Shown: piece after piece, positions 9,481-20,800 of the stretch
Layout: every line of letters starts with the position of its first letter
How positions within the stretch are numbered: position 1 is the first letter of the stretch
IMG/VR virus record: IMGVR_UViG_3300008954_000007
DNA: 64,000 nucleotides
Direction: 5' to 3' (one strand)
Source of the DNA: a virus
The notes under the pieces: generated by a model
Seen by the model: the letters and a program-made list of their open reading frames with translations, nothing else
Told to the model about the DNA's origin: nothing
The model's database searches: none
Made by a program: the position numbers and the translations under genes

Positions 9481-11020
9481 TAATCATAGAAAAATCCCAT
9501 TCATCACCTATTTCTGTATAGTTATCCAACTTCATTATTTCAGTATTCAAAGAAGCGAAGATAGGATTTTTTAAAGAATAGTCTGTATCAAAATCATCAT
9601 CTTCTTCAGATTGAAATTCATTAACGTGCTCAAGAGAGTCTCCATCAACTTCAATCTTGGAATGACGAAGCTTAGTAAACCAAAACCTAACTCTTTTCTT
9701 AACTACATCATCAGTTGTTCTTTTCCAGTTTAATCCAATATCAATGTGATCTCTGATAGCAGTAGAATATTTATAGCTACCATCTTCTTGAGATTGAATA
9801 GGAACTATTAAAACAACATCTAGCGACCTAGCTAGAGCTTTTAGTTCAGCATATAGGTTAGAGTATGAGTGCCAACTTTGTTCTCCAGATAGAACTTCAT
9901 TCATTATACCTGGATAGTCAATAATTAACACATCACAGCCACGTTTTTCCTTTAGTTGGCTAATTTGAGACTTAATTATCTCAACACTACAACCTGAAGC
10001 AATGTCTATGGGGAAAAAGGTGTTTCTTCTTCTAAGGATTTTGGAATTTTCAAAAAACTTTTCTTCAATTTCTTCCTTACTAAAGGAAGCAAGTTCATTT
10101 CCAAAAAGATTAATGATTTTCTTGGCATCATTATAGCACTCAGGATCAACAGCTTCTAGTAAAACCATTTTTCTTAACCTTAAAGTGGTTTTAAGATCTA
10201 GATCACGCATTAATATCTTAGTGACAGGAATTTCACTCATCCTACTATGGAGTCTGGCTAATAATTCTTCTTCACTCATTTCTAAGCTAACATAAGCCAC
10301 ACTTAAATCTTCTTTATAGGCACTATAGCCCATGTTCATAGATACAATACTTTTACCACCTTGAGTTCCACTACCTAAACCTACTAGATTTGGTTTTCTA
10401 AACCCACCACCCATTTTTTCGTTTAGCTCTTTAATACCACAAGATATAATTTCTTCTTCATTAAAAGAAGTGCTATATCTTTCTAGAGCAATAGGGGAGA
10501 ATTCAGAAATATCATAATTAATGATGTTGTTAGAATATATCTGATTCTTTAGTCCAGCTATTTGGTCTTCTAAAAAACTTAAAGATTCTTGTGGGCTTTT
10601 TTGGCTAGAAATAATACTACTAGCCTCACGCATAGTTTTAATCAGAAAGTTTCTTAGATAGTTAGACTCAACTTGTTTTCTAACTAAGTTGTATTCTGCA
10701 TCAAAAAGGTCAGATTCAAAATTCTGGATGGATTGATAAATGTTGATTGACTCTTCAACATCTATGTCTCTTTTGATAATTTCTTGTTTTACAAGGTTGG
10801 CATCTGGCAAATGACCAGAGCTTTTGTAAAACTCAACAATGATGTTGAAGATGGTCTTATTGGGATTGTCAATAATCCATTCAGGATCAACTTCTCCTGA
10901 AATTCTTTTGACAAAATCTTTACTAGTTAAGTACCTAATAAGAGTAGGTTCTGTATCACAAACCTCTTTCTTAAAATCAACAAATTCATTATCATTGTTT
11001 ACTTTGGATTTTCTAATCAT
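9473..11020 (-). CDS. dnaB: Replicative DnaB/T4 gp41-like SF4 helicase
   Basis: Walker A GSGTQGGKS, YVSLEMSEEEL, VLIIDY, ELKALARSLDV, TKLRH; GAGGT RBS. Confidence 0.92.
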   Translation of the reverse strand: MIRKSKVNNDNEFVDFKKEVCDTEPTLIRYLTSKDFVKRISGEVDPEWIIDNPNKTIFNIIVEFYKSSGHLPDANLVKQEIIKRDIDVEESINIYQSIQNFESDLFDAEYNLVRKQVESNYLRNFLIKTMREASSIISSQKSPQESLSFLEDQIAGLKNQIYSNNIINYDISEFSPIALERYSTSFNEEEIISCGIKELNEKMGGGFRKPNLVGLGSGTQGGKSIVSMNMGYSAYKEDLSVAYVSLEMSEEELLARLHSRMSEIPVTKILMRDLDLKTTLRLRKMVLLEAVDPECYNDAKKIINLFGNELASFSKEEIEEKFFENSKILRRRNTFFPIDIASGCSVEIIKSQISQLKEKRGCDVLIIDYPGIMNEVLSGEQSWHSYSNLYAELKALARSLDVVLIVPIQSQEDGSYKYSTAIRDHIDIGLNWKRTTDDVVKKRVRFWFTKLRHSKIEVDGDSLEHVNEFQSEEDDDFDTDYSLKNPIFASLNTEIMKLDNYTEIGDEWDFSMINA

Positions 11021-11043
11021 AATTACCTCATTGGCTATGGTGA

Positions 11044-11061
11044 AAATATGATATCATATTT
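11044..11061. promoter_or_regulatory. Perfect 18-bp palindrome AAATATGATATCATATTT, candidate operator
   Basis: Perfect inverted repeat in the divergent intergenic region; covers the -10 of the leftward promoter. Confidence 0.6.
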
Positions 11062-11076
11062 GTTTTTCTATTTCAA
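11048..11076 (-). promoter_or_regulatory. Leftward promoter of the helicase-primase operon
   Basis: Minus strand: TTGAAA (11076-11071), 17-bp spacer, TATCAT (11053-11048) with a TGn extension. Confidence 0.6.
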
Positions 11077-11083
11077 GAGAAAA

Positions 11084-11113
11084 ATGACTTTAATTATACC
11101 CCTGTGCTATAAT
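11084..11113 (+). promoter_or_regulatory. Rightward extended -10 promoter of the giant-fibre operon
   Basis: TGcTATAAT at 11105-11113, weak -35 ATGACT at 11084-11089; GGGAG RBS before ATG 11142. Confidence 0.7.
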
Positions 11114-11141
11114 AATCAATTATTAGTGGGAGTATGTAGCA

Positions 11142-14100
11142 ATGCCAGAACTTTTAGCTAGGGATGACGCACAACAGCAAATACAATCTTATTATTTCAT
11201 TGAGGTAATGAATGATTACCTGCAGGATGTAGAAGCAGGTCAAGCTTATCTATTAAATGAAATTAGAAAAAATACAGGTAACATTAGACTAAGAGCAGAT
11301 AACGTTACCATGAATACTCAACAAATTGAGTTGTTGTTGGGTGGACTGCATTCTCACACTGATTATAATGAACTAAAGGCTTCTGATTCTGACCCCTCTA
11401 CTCCTAGCTATTTAATACAAGAATTAGATGGAAGTGATAATCCCACAGGAAATGTAGTTTTAACCACAGACCCTTCTCAACTAGAGAGTGATCAATATGG
11501 GTTGATTTTACAAGATGTTCTATGGGAAGAAATACCAGGTGAAAATGGTGGAGATCCTACATATAAAGAAATAAGTTCATTTAGATATGCTAGAGATCAA
11601 ATAGAAGCAATAAAGGCCATATATACAGCTAGTGTTAGTGATAATAAGACTTTAGTTGACGTTCATGAAGCATTAATTGATGTTTATAGTGCTGTATCAG
11701 GACAAGATGCAGGGAATACATCTGCTTTAGGTGGAGTGTCTAGCACAATTTCTTCATCAATGAGCAACACTACTATATCTTTAATTGGAACTACTCAAGA
11801 GTGGGATGATTGGAATGCATTAGAAGATCCAGATCCAGAACTGGAACCAATTAAATATCCAGATCAAAACCTCTATGAGTTGATAGATACAGAGATTACT
11901 GCAGTCACAACTGCATTAACTGACACTATAGAAGTTACACTTGAGGAAATAGATAAGGCACTAAGAACTGAAGGGTATTTGAAGGATATTGATAGTACAT
12001 TAAGTGATCAATTAGATATAAAAGTTTCTAATTTAGAAACCTTATTGCTGAATGTATTAAGTGCACCTGGTGTTACTCTGGATGCATCTACAAATACATA
12101 TCTAGATGACCAGGGTGTCACAGCTTCTTTTATAAATTTAGATGATGTTAAAACTGAGGTAAACACTGCTAGTGCCAATATTACTGGGGGAATAACAGAT
12201 CAGACTACTACTTTAGGTAATAAAATAGATGCCTTATTTACAGATCCTTTAGATACTGACAAAAGATCACTGTATGACCTATATGAAACCATAACAAAAA
12301 TACATTCAACTACATTAGCTGAATATGCTAGTTTGTTTGATGTTAAAACTTCAATAGATAGTCTTTTGGTTACTTCTGCAACTGGAGTGTCTATTTTTGA
12401 CTTAGATGCGACTGTAACTAGTGAATTCACTAACTTAAAAAATGGGAAAACACTTTCAGATTTAGATACTTCTATAGGGAATGTTCAAGGCGCAATAGAG
12501 ACTCTTCAGGGAACAGAGACATTCACTATTGAAACATTAGAAGGTAAAGTTGGTAGTTTATTAGAAGTCACTACTGATGGAGCAAAAACTTCCATTTTTG
12601 ATTTAAATTTTAATTTAGTTGACGATACTAGTGGTCAATTTAGGCTCTTAAAAGATGATTTAACTAAAGCATATGTTAATGGGGAAGATAGATTAAATAT
12701 TCCAGGATTAGGAGAGAAGATAAATCTTGCTTTATTGGGAACCATAGATGATGGAACTTCAGGTGTTAGTGGCACATCAGTTACTTCAGTTATTGAGAAA
12801 GAAATATCTTCTTTAGAGGATATGTTGATTGGATCTACAGCTTTAGTGGGAGATACCTCTAATCTTTATGAAATAGAAAAAGATATAGAGAGAATTAGGG
12901 GTCTTGTTGGCAATGATGTAGAGGATAGCACTAAGAAAAATTTAAAAGATCTTCATACATCTTTAGAGAGTATTAAGGGATCTAGTGTTAACTATCAAAA
13001 GAATTTAAATGACATTTATGATAGGTTAGGTAATCTTTCTTTAGAAGTCAATAATGTAGCTGTTAATACAGATCAGCTTGAACAATTAATAGGTTGGGAT
13101 TTCACTAGAGATCTATATACTCCTGAGTATATAGCGTATGTTGATGATATATATGTTGTAAATGCGCTAATTTATCCAGACCAGATTGATGCTTCAGGTG
13201 TTTCAGTAGAAGACTATAATAAAAATAATTATCTAGCTTATTCTAGTTCTTATTGGCAAGATGCTCATGAGTCATTAGGTGGTGAGATCTTTTTATATGG
13301 TGGTAATGCAGGTAGGTCAGTTTCTGACGTATCATCACCAGGGGATGAACACCCACTAACAGATGTGGTTGGTTTTTCCTCTATTTTTGATAGAATGTCT
13401 GAGAGTAAAACTACTCTTGACAGTATTAAAAACACACTAGAAAACTTAAATAAAGCTACTAGAGAAAGTAGTTTTTTTGATGGAAATGGTGATCTTACTG
13501 GAACTAAGAAAACAATACAAGATTATCTTGATTCTTTACACATTAACATTAATAAAGGACTAATAGATGGTCAAACAGATAGTGAATCAAGATTATGGCT
13601 TTTAAACGATGATTTAAATGAAGGGTTGTTTACAAACAGGGATTCACAACCTGGTGAAGAGCCTAAACTGGATAGAATAACTAATGAGTTGTTGAGGCTA
13701 CAGGGAAATTATCCAGTTGATTGGGTATCTACTTCAGGGTCACCCCATGATGGCTTTACTAACTCTGAGTCTAGTAATCTCTATGAGATAGAAAAAGATT
13801 TAGAGAGAATTAGAGGTATAGTCGCTGGAGATACATTAGGAAACACTACCTCTAATCTTCTAGAAATAGAATCAAGATTGTTAGATATTCAGGGATATGA
13901 TAATTCTAGTAATAGAGTAGAGACTTTAACAGATGATGCATCATTACCTAATATTGATAGTGTTATTAAGGTATTAAGAAACTTTAGGGGTGGTTCATTA
14001 GATACTGAACTAGATGATGTAGTTGACAATCAGGGTCAAGATGTTACTCAACCATACAATCCAGAAGACCCATTACATGACCCAATAACTACTTTATATC

Positions 14101-17100
14101 CAACTTTCAGGGATATTAGGGATGTTTTAAACACCTTAAAGACATCTATTGATCAAATAGGTGGTGTTTTCTCAGAAAATCCAGGGAAAATTGAAGCTTT
14201 ATCATCTAACTTTTTTGAATTAGGCAATCAAATTAATTCATTAAGGGGTGAAGTTCCAGAGTTAGATCCCTCTGTATATGGGTATTTCTATAATAGTGTT
14301 AGAAATTTGCATGATTTTAATGAAACATATGATGCTTCTAATGTAGATAGAATAGAGGATTTTTGGAATGTTGAAGGATCAGATTTTTTTGAACATTCTA
14401 CTTCAGAAGATACTTCTCATGCTACTACTTATCCTGATCCAGATGGTTCCTATGTATATGAGGCTAAAACATCCAACTTATATCAAGTTAATGAGAATAT
14501 AAAGTCATTATATGCTGCACTAACTGGAGATTCAGTTACAGAAAGCATTATTGATAAGGATGAGGCTAATGATAATCTTTTAAGTCAATTAAGGGTTATA
14601 AGTAGTGACGCAACTGCAGTTGATAATACCAATCTATATGATATTGAGTATGCTATAGGTGAATTGAAGGGTGTTAGTGATAAAACCCTTACAGATGTTA
14701 ATTCAACTATAGGTGATATAAGAGGATCTATTGTTAAAGATGGAGTATCAGAGGAAACTGAAACAACTTTAGCTAGAGTTGTAGAGACTTTAACCAGCTA
14801 TGATGATTTTCAAGTAACAATCCCCAATGTAGCTTATCAAGATTATCTTAATTCTGTTGCCAGTGGTACTTGGACAGGAGAAGAAGATATACCAGCAGAA
14901 ACAATATTAGCAGAAGGTGCTTTTGAGTCTAAAAACTTAGTGGACTTATACTATAAACTGGAGACATTAAGTGGGGATGTTAGAGCTACAGATCCTGTGG
15001 CAGCACTGTCTAATCTAGAGTTATCAGTTGGAGTTCAATCTACAGATACAATTAGGGCTATAGTTGGTTGGGATTATGACCCTGATGCTGATGGTTTTGA
15101 TGAAGCAGCTTGGATAACTGAAAACAGAAATATATTTGATGAAATAAATACTTTATCAAACGATATAACTGGCTATGTACCTGCTGCTGAAGGTGTACCT
15201 GAAGTAACAGCAGGTACTTTAAAAGGTATAGAGAGTGCAATTGGTGGAGTAGCTTCAGACATAACTGGTGGCACTTCATTATCTGCAGTAAGTGATTCTA
15301 TAGGTGGTATAGCTTCTGCAATAACAGGTACTTCATCAACAACTTTATCTGATATTAGTGATAATTTAACAGGTGATGGTGGTGTAAAGTCAGAAGTAAC
15401 TTTAGTAAAAACTGCTGTTGATACTGCAACAACAGCAGTTAATAGTCTAACTGTAGGGGATAAATATAAGTATGAGATTATTAATAATGAACTTACCAGA
15501 GTAATAGATGCCCCCCCTGAACTAGAAGTAGAGTTTACAGCTTTTGCAGACATTTACAATGCTATTATTGATCAAACTGAGGAAGTTAAGAAAGTACAGT
15601 TGGAAGTTGGGTCTGTAATAGTTAATACAGACCAGTTAGAACGCTTAATTGGATGGGATTTTGATGGAAATGTTGAGTTTAACATTGAGGATGGTGATAC
15701 TTTATATCAAAACACCTTATTTCAGCGTCTTGAGATGCAGAAAAAAGACATTGTTGATGCAATTCAGCAAGTAACAGTCAACATTGGTGATGTAGCAGTA
15801 AATACAGACCAACTGGAACGCTTAATTGGGTGGGATTTTGCAGATAAAACACCAGTAGCGTCTTATGCAGATTTTTTAGCTAACCAACTGGTAAATACAG
15901 AAGATAACCCTGTAAATAGACAAGCTTTTTTAGATGAAAACCCCTCTTTTCATTGGGATGACCTATATATAGATGCTTCAGGGGCAGAATCTGTAGTTAA
16001 AGAAGATCCTGATGACACATCTGAAGTAAACAACACACTTTTCCATAAAATTGACTTAATTGCATCAGATTTAGCACTTTGGGCAAATGTAGCAGATTTA
16101 TTTAAAGCACCTGTGGGTGGGGAATTAGGTGGGGCTGCATATATTAACCTAGAAGAGTTAAGAACGTCTGTTGATACCACTACAGGTGAAATCACACGTT
16201 TAATTGATACTTTCACGAAGGATAATCCAGATAATGATCTTTTTGATCATTTAATAAGCCTAACTAGTTCGATAAAGGGTGACCAGGGGTTAGTTGATGC
16301 AATTACTACTCCAGGAACAGGGTTAAGTGCAATAATTGAGAGCAATAGTGGTGCGATATCTGGAGTTGGTGGCTTATCTGAGAAGATAGGGCTTTTAGAC
16401 ACATCAATAAGTGATGGAACTACAGGTTTAAATAGCAAAGTAGTTAGTTTAGACACATCAATATCTGGTGTTGATGGATTAACAGCTAAGATAGTGTCTT
16501 TAGAGTCTGCAAATACAGGGTTAACTACTGAATTAGGTGAATTAGAAACAGCAATAACTACTGTAGACACTGGCTTAAGTGCTAGATTGTTTGGCTTAGA
16601 CACATCAATATCTGCTAGTGATGGCTTAAGTGATAAATTAAGTGAATTAAGTGGGTTTATTACTGGAGATACTGGTCTAAATAAGAAGATTGAGGGTTTA
16701 ACTTCCAATTTAGATAGTGATAGCGAATTTGTTTTAGGGATTGGTCAACTAGAGACAGAAATATCTAACGTTAGTACTGAAATTAGTACTTTTTCTGGAT
16801 ATTTAGCCCCTAATGCTACACTACAAAGTAGTTTTAATATCATAGCTACTTCTTTAGATGACAATATATCAACATCTTTAAGCACAATAGCTGGACTACC
16901 CACTGCTACAGAAGCCTCTAATAGTATAAAGGGTGTAACAGGTGAGGGTAATGATGCAGCAGATGCAAATAATCATCCTGGTATTAATCTGCATCAATTA
17001 TTAATTGGTTTAACTGAGTCTGGAGCTAGTAGTGGAAGTAATCTACATGAATTAACTGAAGCAGTTTCAGCACAAGAGTTGGATTTTGATGATTTAATGA

Positions 17101-17882
17101 TAAATCCAGTTTGGTCTACTTGGAATGATGGAGATAAGGTTGATCCTGAACCACCAGGTGGTGTAAATGACAAAAATAACCTATTCCATATTGTAAATAA
17201 ATTATCTGATTTAACTCAACCAGGTGCTCCAGTTGAAGGAACGACATATGAGCCAAAAACACTATATAACGTAGCAGATAGCGTTGATGGTCTTGAGGTA
17301 GATATTGGTTTAGTGAGGAAAGGATTGATAAATGAAGCCAATATGGAAATTTATGAAACTCAGTGGTTGGATCAAGATAGTGATTATGTAGATGGGTCTT
17401 TAACTATAGCTGCGCCAAGAGGAGAGACTACAGATGAGTTCACAACAGCTACAGGCAGATATGTTTATAAGTTAGATGAAGTAGCTCAAGCAGTTACTGC
17501 TTTAAAAGAGTTTCAAAGACCTACTAATGATTTTGAAAATGGATCTGTAGGTGGTGTTGCGACATCAGGTCAAACACCTATACCAGTTGAAACTACAGAT
17601 GATCCACTCATTGATGCAGTTCCTTTAGCGACAGAAGGATCAGAAGAGGATTTTTCATGCTCTAGAGGGGTGACTGTTACAGCCCACACTGAAAATTCTG
17701 GTATTTTATTTGTGGGGAAGGACAATGAGATTACAGCAGGAACAAATCAATTAAAAGATGGAATACCTTTGACAGCAGGAGATTCATTGTTTTTACCAGT
17801 AAGAAACCCAAGTAGTATTTACGTCATAGCAGACTATGAAGCAGGTAGTTCACCCAATTTTCTTTATTGGTTGGCAGTGTAG
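11142..17882 (+). CDS. Giant acidic segmented coiled-coil fibre-like virion protein (2246 aa) with a small C-terminal beta domain
   Basis: Many short helical repeats (SNLYEIE, KNLxDL, NTLF), VNTDQLExLIGWDF x3, 17-18-aa GLxxKIxxLDTSIS repeats, C-terminal GVTVTAHTENSGILFVG...GIPLTAGDSLFLPV...IYV. Confidence 0.7.
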   Translation: MPELLARDDAQQQIQSYYFIEVMNDYLQDVEAGQAYLLNEIRKNTGNIRLRADNVTMNTQQIELLLGGLHSHTDYNELKASDSDPSTPSYLIQELDGSDNPTGNVVLTTDPSQLESDQYGLILQDVLWEEIPGENGGDPTYKEISSFRYARDQIEAIKAIYTASVSDNKTLVDVHEALIDVYSAVSGQDAGNTSALGGVSSTISSSMSNTTISLIGTTQEWDDWNALEDPDPELEPIKYPDQNLYELIDTEITAVTTALTDTIEVTLEEIDKALRTEGYLKDIDSTLSDQLDIKVSNLETLLLNVLSAPGVTLDASTNTYLDDQGVTASFINLDDVKTEVNTASANITGGITDQTTTLGNKIDALFTDPLDTDKRSLYDLYETITKIHSTTLAEYASLFDVKTSIDSLLVTSATGVSIFDLDATVTSEFTNLKNGKTLSDLDTSIGNVQGAIETLQGTETFTIETLEGKVGSLLEVTTDGAKTSIFDLNFNLVDDTSGQFRLLKDDLTKAYVNGEDRLNIPGLGEKINLALLGTIDDGTSGVSGTSVTSVIEKEISSLEDMLIGSTALVGDTSNLYEIEKDIERIRGLVGNDVEDSTKKNLKDLHTSLESIKGSSVNYQKNLNDIYDRLGNLSLEVNNVAVNTDQLEQLIGWDFTRDLYTPEYIAYVDDIYVVNALIYPDQIDASGVSVEDYNKNNYLAYSSSYWQDAHESLGGEIFLYGGNAGRSVSDVSSPGDEHPLTDVVGFSSIFDRMSESKTTLDSIKNTLENLNKATRESSFFDGNGDLTGTKKTIQDYLDSLHININKGLIDGQTDSESRLWLLNDDLNEGLFTNRDSQPGEEPKLDRITNELLRLQGNYPVDWVSTSGSPHDGFTNSESSNLYEIEKDLERIRGIVAGDTLGNTTSNLLEIESRLLDIQGYDNSSNRVETLTDDASLPNIDSVIKVLRNFRGGSLDTELDDVVDNQGQDVTQPYNPEDPLHDPITTLYPTFRDIRDVLNTLKTSIDQIGGVFSENPGKIEALSSNFFELGNQINSLRGEVPELDPSVYGYFYNSVRNLHDFNETYDASNVDRIEDFWNVEGSDFFEHSTSEDTSHATTYPDPDGSYVYEAKTSNLYQVNENIKSLYAALTGDSVTESIIDKDEANDNLLSQLRVISSDATAVDNTNLYDIEYAIGELKGVSDKTLTDVNSTIGDIRGSIVKDGVSEETETTLARVVETLTSYDDFQVTIPNVAYQDYLNSVASGTWTGEEDIPAETILAEGAFESKNLVDLYYKLETLSGDVRATDPVAALSNLELSVGVQSTDTIRAIVGWDYDPDADGFDEAAWITENRNIFDEINTLSNDITGYVPAAEGVPEVTAGTLKGIESAIGGVASDITGGTSLSAVSDSIGGIASAITGTSSTTLSDISDNLTGDGGVKSEVTLVKTAVDTATTAVNSLTVGDKYKYEIINNELTRVIDAPPELEVEFTAFADIYNAIIDQTEEVKKVQLEVGSVIVNTDQLERLIGWDFDGNVEFNIEDGDTLYQNTLFQRLEMQKKDIVDAIQQVTVNIGDVAVNTDQLERLIGWDFADKTPVASYADFLANQLVNTEDNPVNRQAFLDENPSFHWDDLYIDASGAESVVKEDPDDTSEVNNTLFHKIDLIASDLALWANVADLFKAPVGGELGGAAYINLEELRTSVDTTTGEITRLIDTFTKDNPDNDLFDHLISLTSSIKGDQGLVDAITTPGTGLSAIIESNSGAISGVGGLSEKIGLLDTSISDGTTGLNSKVVSLDTSISGVDGLTAKIVSLESANTGLTTELGELETAITTVDTGLSARLFGLDTSISASDGLSDKLSELSGFITGDTGLNKKIEGLTSNLDSDSEFVLGIGQLETEISNVSTEISTFSGYLAPNATLQSSFNIIATSLDDNISTSLSTIAGLPTATEASNSIKGVTGEGNDAADANNHPGINLHQLLIGLTESGASSGSNLHELTEAVSAQELDFDDLMINPVWSTWNDGDKVDPEPPGGVNDKNNLFHIVNKLSDLTQPGAPVEGTTYEPKTLYNVADSVDGLEVDIGLVRKGLINEANMEIYETQWLDQDSDYVDGSLTIAAPRGETTDEFTTATGRYVYKLDEVAQAVTALKEFQRPTNDFENGSVGGVATSGQTPIPVETTDDPLIDAVPLATEGSEEDFSCSRGVTVTAHTENSGILFVGKDNEITAGTNQLKDGIPLTAGDSLFLPVRNPSSIYVIADYEAGSSPNFLYWLAV
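16300..16715 (+). repeat. Degenerate 17-18-aa coiled-coil tandem repeats (GLxxKIxxLDTSISG)
   Basis: TTAGACACATCAATA occurs three times at DNA level; about 7 degenerate units in the protein. Confidence 0.75.
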
Positions 17883-17891
17883 GAGTATAAA

Positions 17892-20800
17892 ATGGCAACT
17901 CTAGGCACACTAAGTAGATCAGGATACATAAAAAAATCACAACAAACCTACTCCATTAAAGGTGCTCCTGAAGATGAAAAGAATTTTGGTTTAAATACAG
18001 AGACACCATTAGCGCATTTACATATTGTAGGTTGGGGAACTACTGAAGTTGGTAGTAATGGTGAGAAGGGTGGGTCTATAAAATTATCATATGATGACCC
18101 AAGTAAGATTGATAGTGAATTACCTTTAGACAATATAAGTCATTTAGATATTTGGGTTAAAGATGATAACAGTCAATATATAACAGCTAGTAAAGAATTA
18201 CATATTCAGTCTGATTTAGGGGATATTTATATAGAACCTGATTTGGATGTTTTTATTGGTAATCAAGATTTAACTAGCTATATAGAAATGAGGGGTAGGG
18301 TTTTTGTAGATGGTGGTCTAACAGTTAGAGGGGTTATTGATTATCATTCTAGATCTGATTTGGCTGTTGAAGATGCTTCAATTTTCTTAAACACACCACT
18401 TTATTTTTTCAACACTATAGATGAACTAGAAGACATGGCAGAAGATGCCACTAACGTAGGGGGAGAAGATCAAGCAATAGCTAGGCATGAGCCATCTGCT
18501 GAAGGGCTAAATGGATCAGGATTAAAGTTAATTTATGGATATGCAGAAAGTGAAAATGATTATGATCCAGCAAATGGAAGTAAGATTGCCCTTGACGATG
18601 CTACAGATTTAGAGACTTACGATGCTGATGCTTTAGCTTATTATCATGAACATAGTGGATTATATAAGCCAGCAACTAAAGATTTTGTTTATAACTCAAA
18701 TGGTAATGGTAATGGTCATTGGGAATCTAACATACCTATTAAAGCTACAGAGCTTAAGGTAGGTGAATCTGAAGTCTCTATAGATGATTTTATTAGCTCT
18801 ATAGATACTGAAAGTGAAACTTTAGATACTTCTTTAGTAACAGCTAGTGGTATTGATACTTTTGTTAGTGATTCTATTGCACATCTATTTTCTCATACTA
18901 TTTATTCTGGTAATGGTATTGGTGATGCGAAAGCCAAGCTTTCTTTATCTGAAGATGGAAGTGACTCTAGTTTTCTATTTGAGATAGATGATACAGATGT
19001 TTTTAAAATAACTAGTGATAACAATATAAAAATACTTCAGGGATATAACTTAAGTTTCACTGAAAATGGTCACACAGTATTTGACATTAAGAACCCTGAT
19101 GCATCTAGTTGGAGTAGCTTAACAGAAGGTTTTTCTACTAATGTACTAGTTACACATTATGCTGTAGATAGTTTTGTTAAGCAGCATGTTTCTGATGAAC
19201 TAGCAGCTTTCGATATGAGCTTCATCATTAGTGATGATGATGTAGCTAAAGTAGAAACTATAGGATCTACAGATCCATCTATCAATTTCATTATTTCTGA
19301 CATTGGGGTCATAAATGTTGACTCTAATGGTTTAAGAATACCAAGCGATATAACTGATGATTTTGATACTTGGATGACAGATCTAAAAGAGGGTGATGAA
19401 CCAACTGAAAAATATACTGGATCAAACTTCTCTTTAAACCCAGGGGTTGAGATTCGTGCTATTAAAAGAAATTCAACTCAAGAAGAAGATGCTTTTAATT
19501 ACTTAGACATAGTAGATTGGGATTTAGAAGAAGACGATGTCCTCTTAACTCAGAGTGCTATTAAATACAAAATTGGAGATATAACCCATCAAATTGTATC
19601 TCAAGACACTAAAGCTATAGTAATTAATGAAAACCTAGATTTATCAGTAGAAGAGAAGATATCTATTGTTTATAAAACCCATGAAATAGCTAAGTTTAGT
19701 AATGCTGGATTAGAAATTTTATCTTTGGGTGAACTAGATGGATTGGGAGTTCGTACTCCAGTTCTATATTTAGGTAGTGGATCTACTGGAGCTACAGAGA
19801 TAAGGAATGCCAGTAATATTGATTGGGAAAACCCATCAGCTTCAGCTTTAGTTACACAAGAAGTATTAAAGGATTTTGTTGATTCAACTGTAGGTAATGT
19901 CACTACTGTTGGAACTGATGGTCAATCTTTAGCTTTTGAAGAAGATGAAACAATTTTTTATTCTGATGATAATGAAGTACTGTACTTAAGTTCAAATGCT
20001 GTTGTTTTAGATAGGGCTAATGATTCAGAAGTTGAAGGGAATATTTTTGTTGAGGGTCTTTCTTTCTCTGATTATTTAAATGATCAGGGAGAGGTTAGTG
20101 ATAGTCATCATATTATAAGAGGTGTCTTTACTGCCCAAACTTTTGATGATCAAGTGGTTGGAGATTGGTATGACACCAACACTGATGAGCAATTGCCAAC
20201 ACAACTTTCTGTCAAGGGTTTTGTCACTAGTGTTTTAACTTCCACACTATTAGACTATCCACAAAATCAGATTTATGAAGTGTGGAGTGATCAAACCACT
20301 AGGAGTTCTATTACAGTTAGGGGAGATACAGAATCAGAAGACGATCCAATTATTAACTTCACATTAGATGATACTGCAGGAAGATTGCCAGATGCAGTAA
20401 TGACATCCAGCTATTTCCTATTAGATTTAGGTTTAAAGCTTGGCAGAAAGGTTGATGATTCCCCAACAGATCCTACTGCACAATACTTGCAAGATAACAA
20501 AGATAGTTGGAGTGATGATGATTCAAAAAGTGTCAGCATAGCTACTCAAAATTCAATTGATTTATGGATTCAGGATCAACTAGATGGCTTAGATTTCACT
20601 TCAATAAGAACTGCAGATTCAGATGGCATTAGTAGGATTGCTAGTGGTAATGAGTTAGCTAGGTTAGAGATATTAGATAAAAACGTTGCTTTACAAACTG
20701 GATTTGACTCCAGGAAAACATTCTCTTTTCGCACAGATGATTTACAAAGTGTTCCTCATCAAGTACTCATTATAGATGAAGATGGAATTTCTTTTTTCTA

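Noticed and set aside
9970-10200. Intein in the helicase (extra segment after the SLEM motif region)
   Set aside because: The extra segment is only about 60 aa and helical, with no intein C/S...HN termini or LAGLIDADG motifs.
8217-11051. Plus-strand ORFs 8217-8582, 9344-9574 and 10839-11051
   Set aside because: They are antisense to the well-supported primase, membrane protein and helicase genes.
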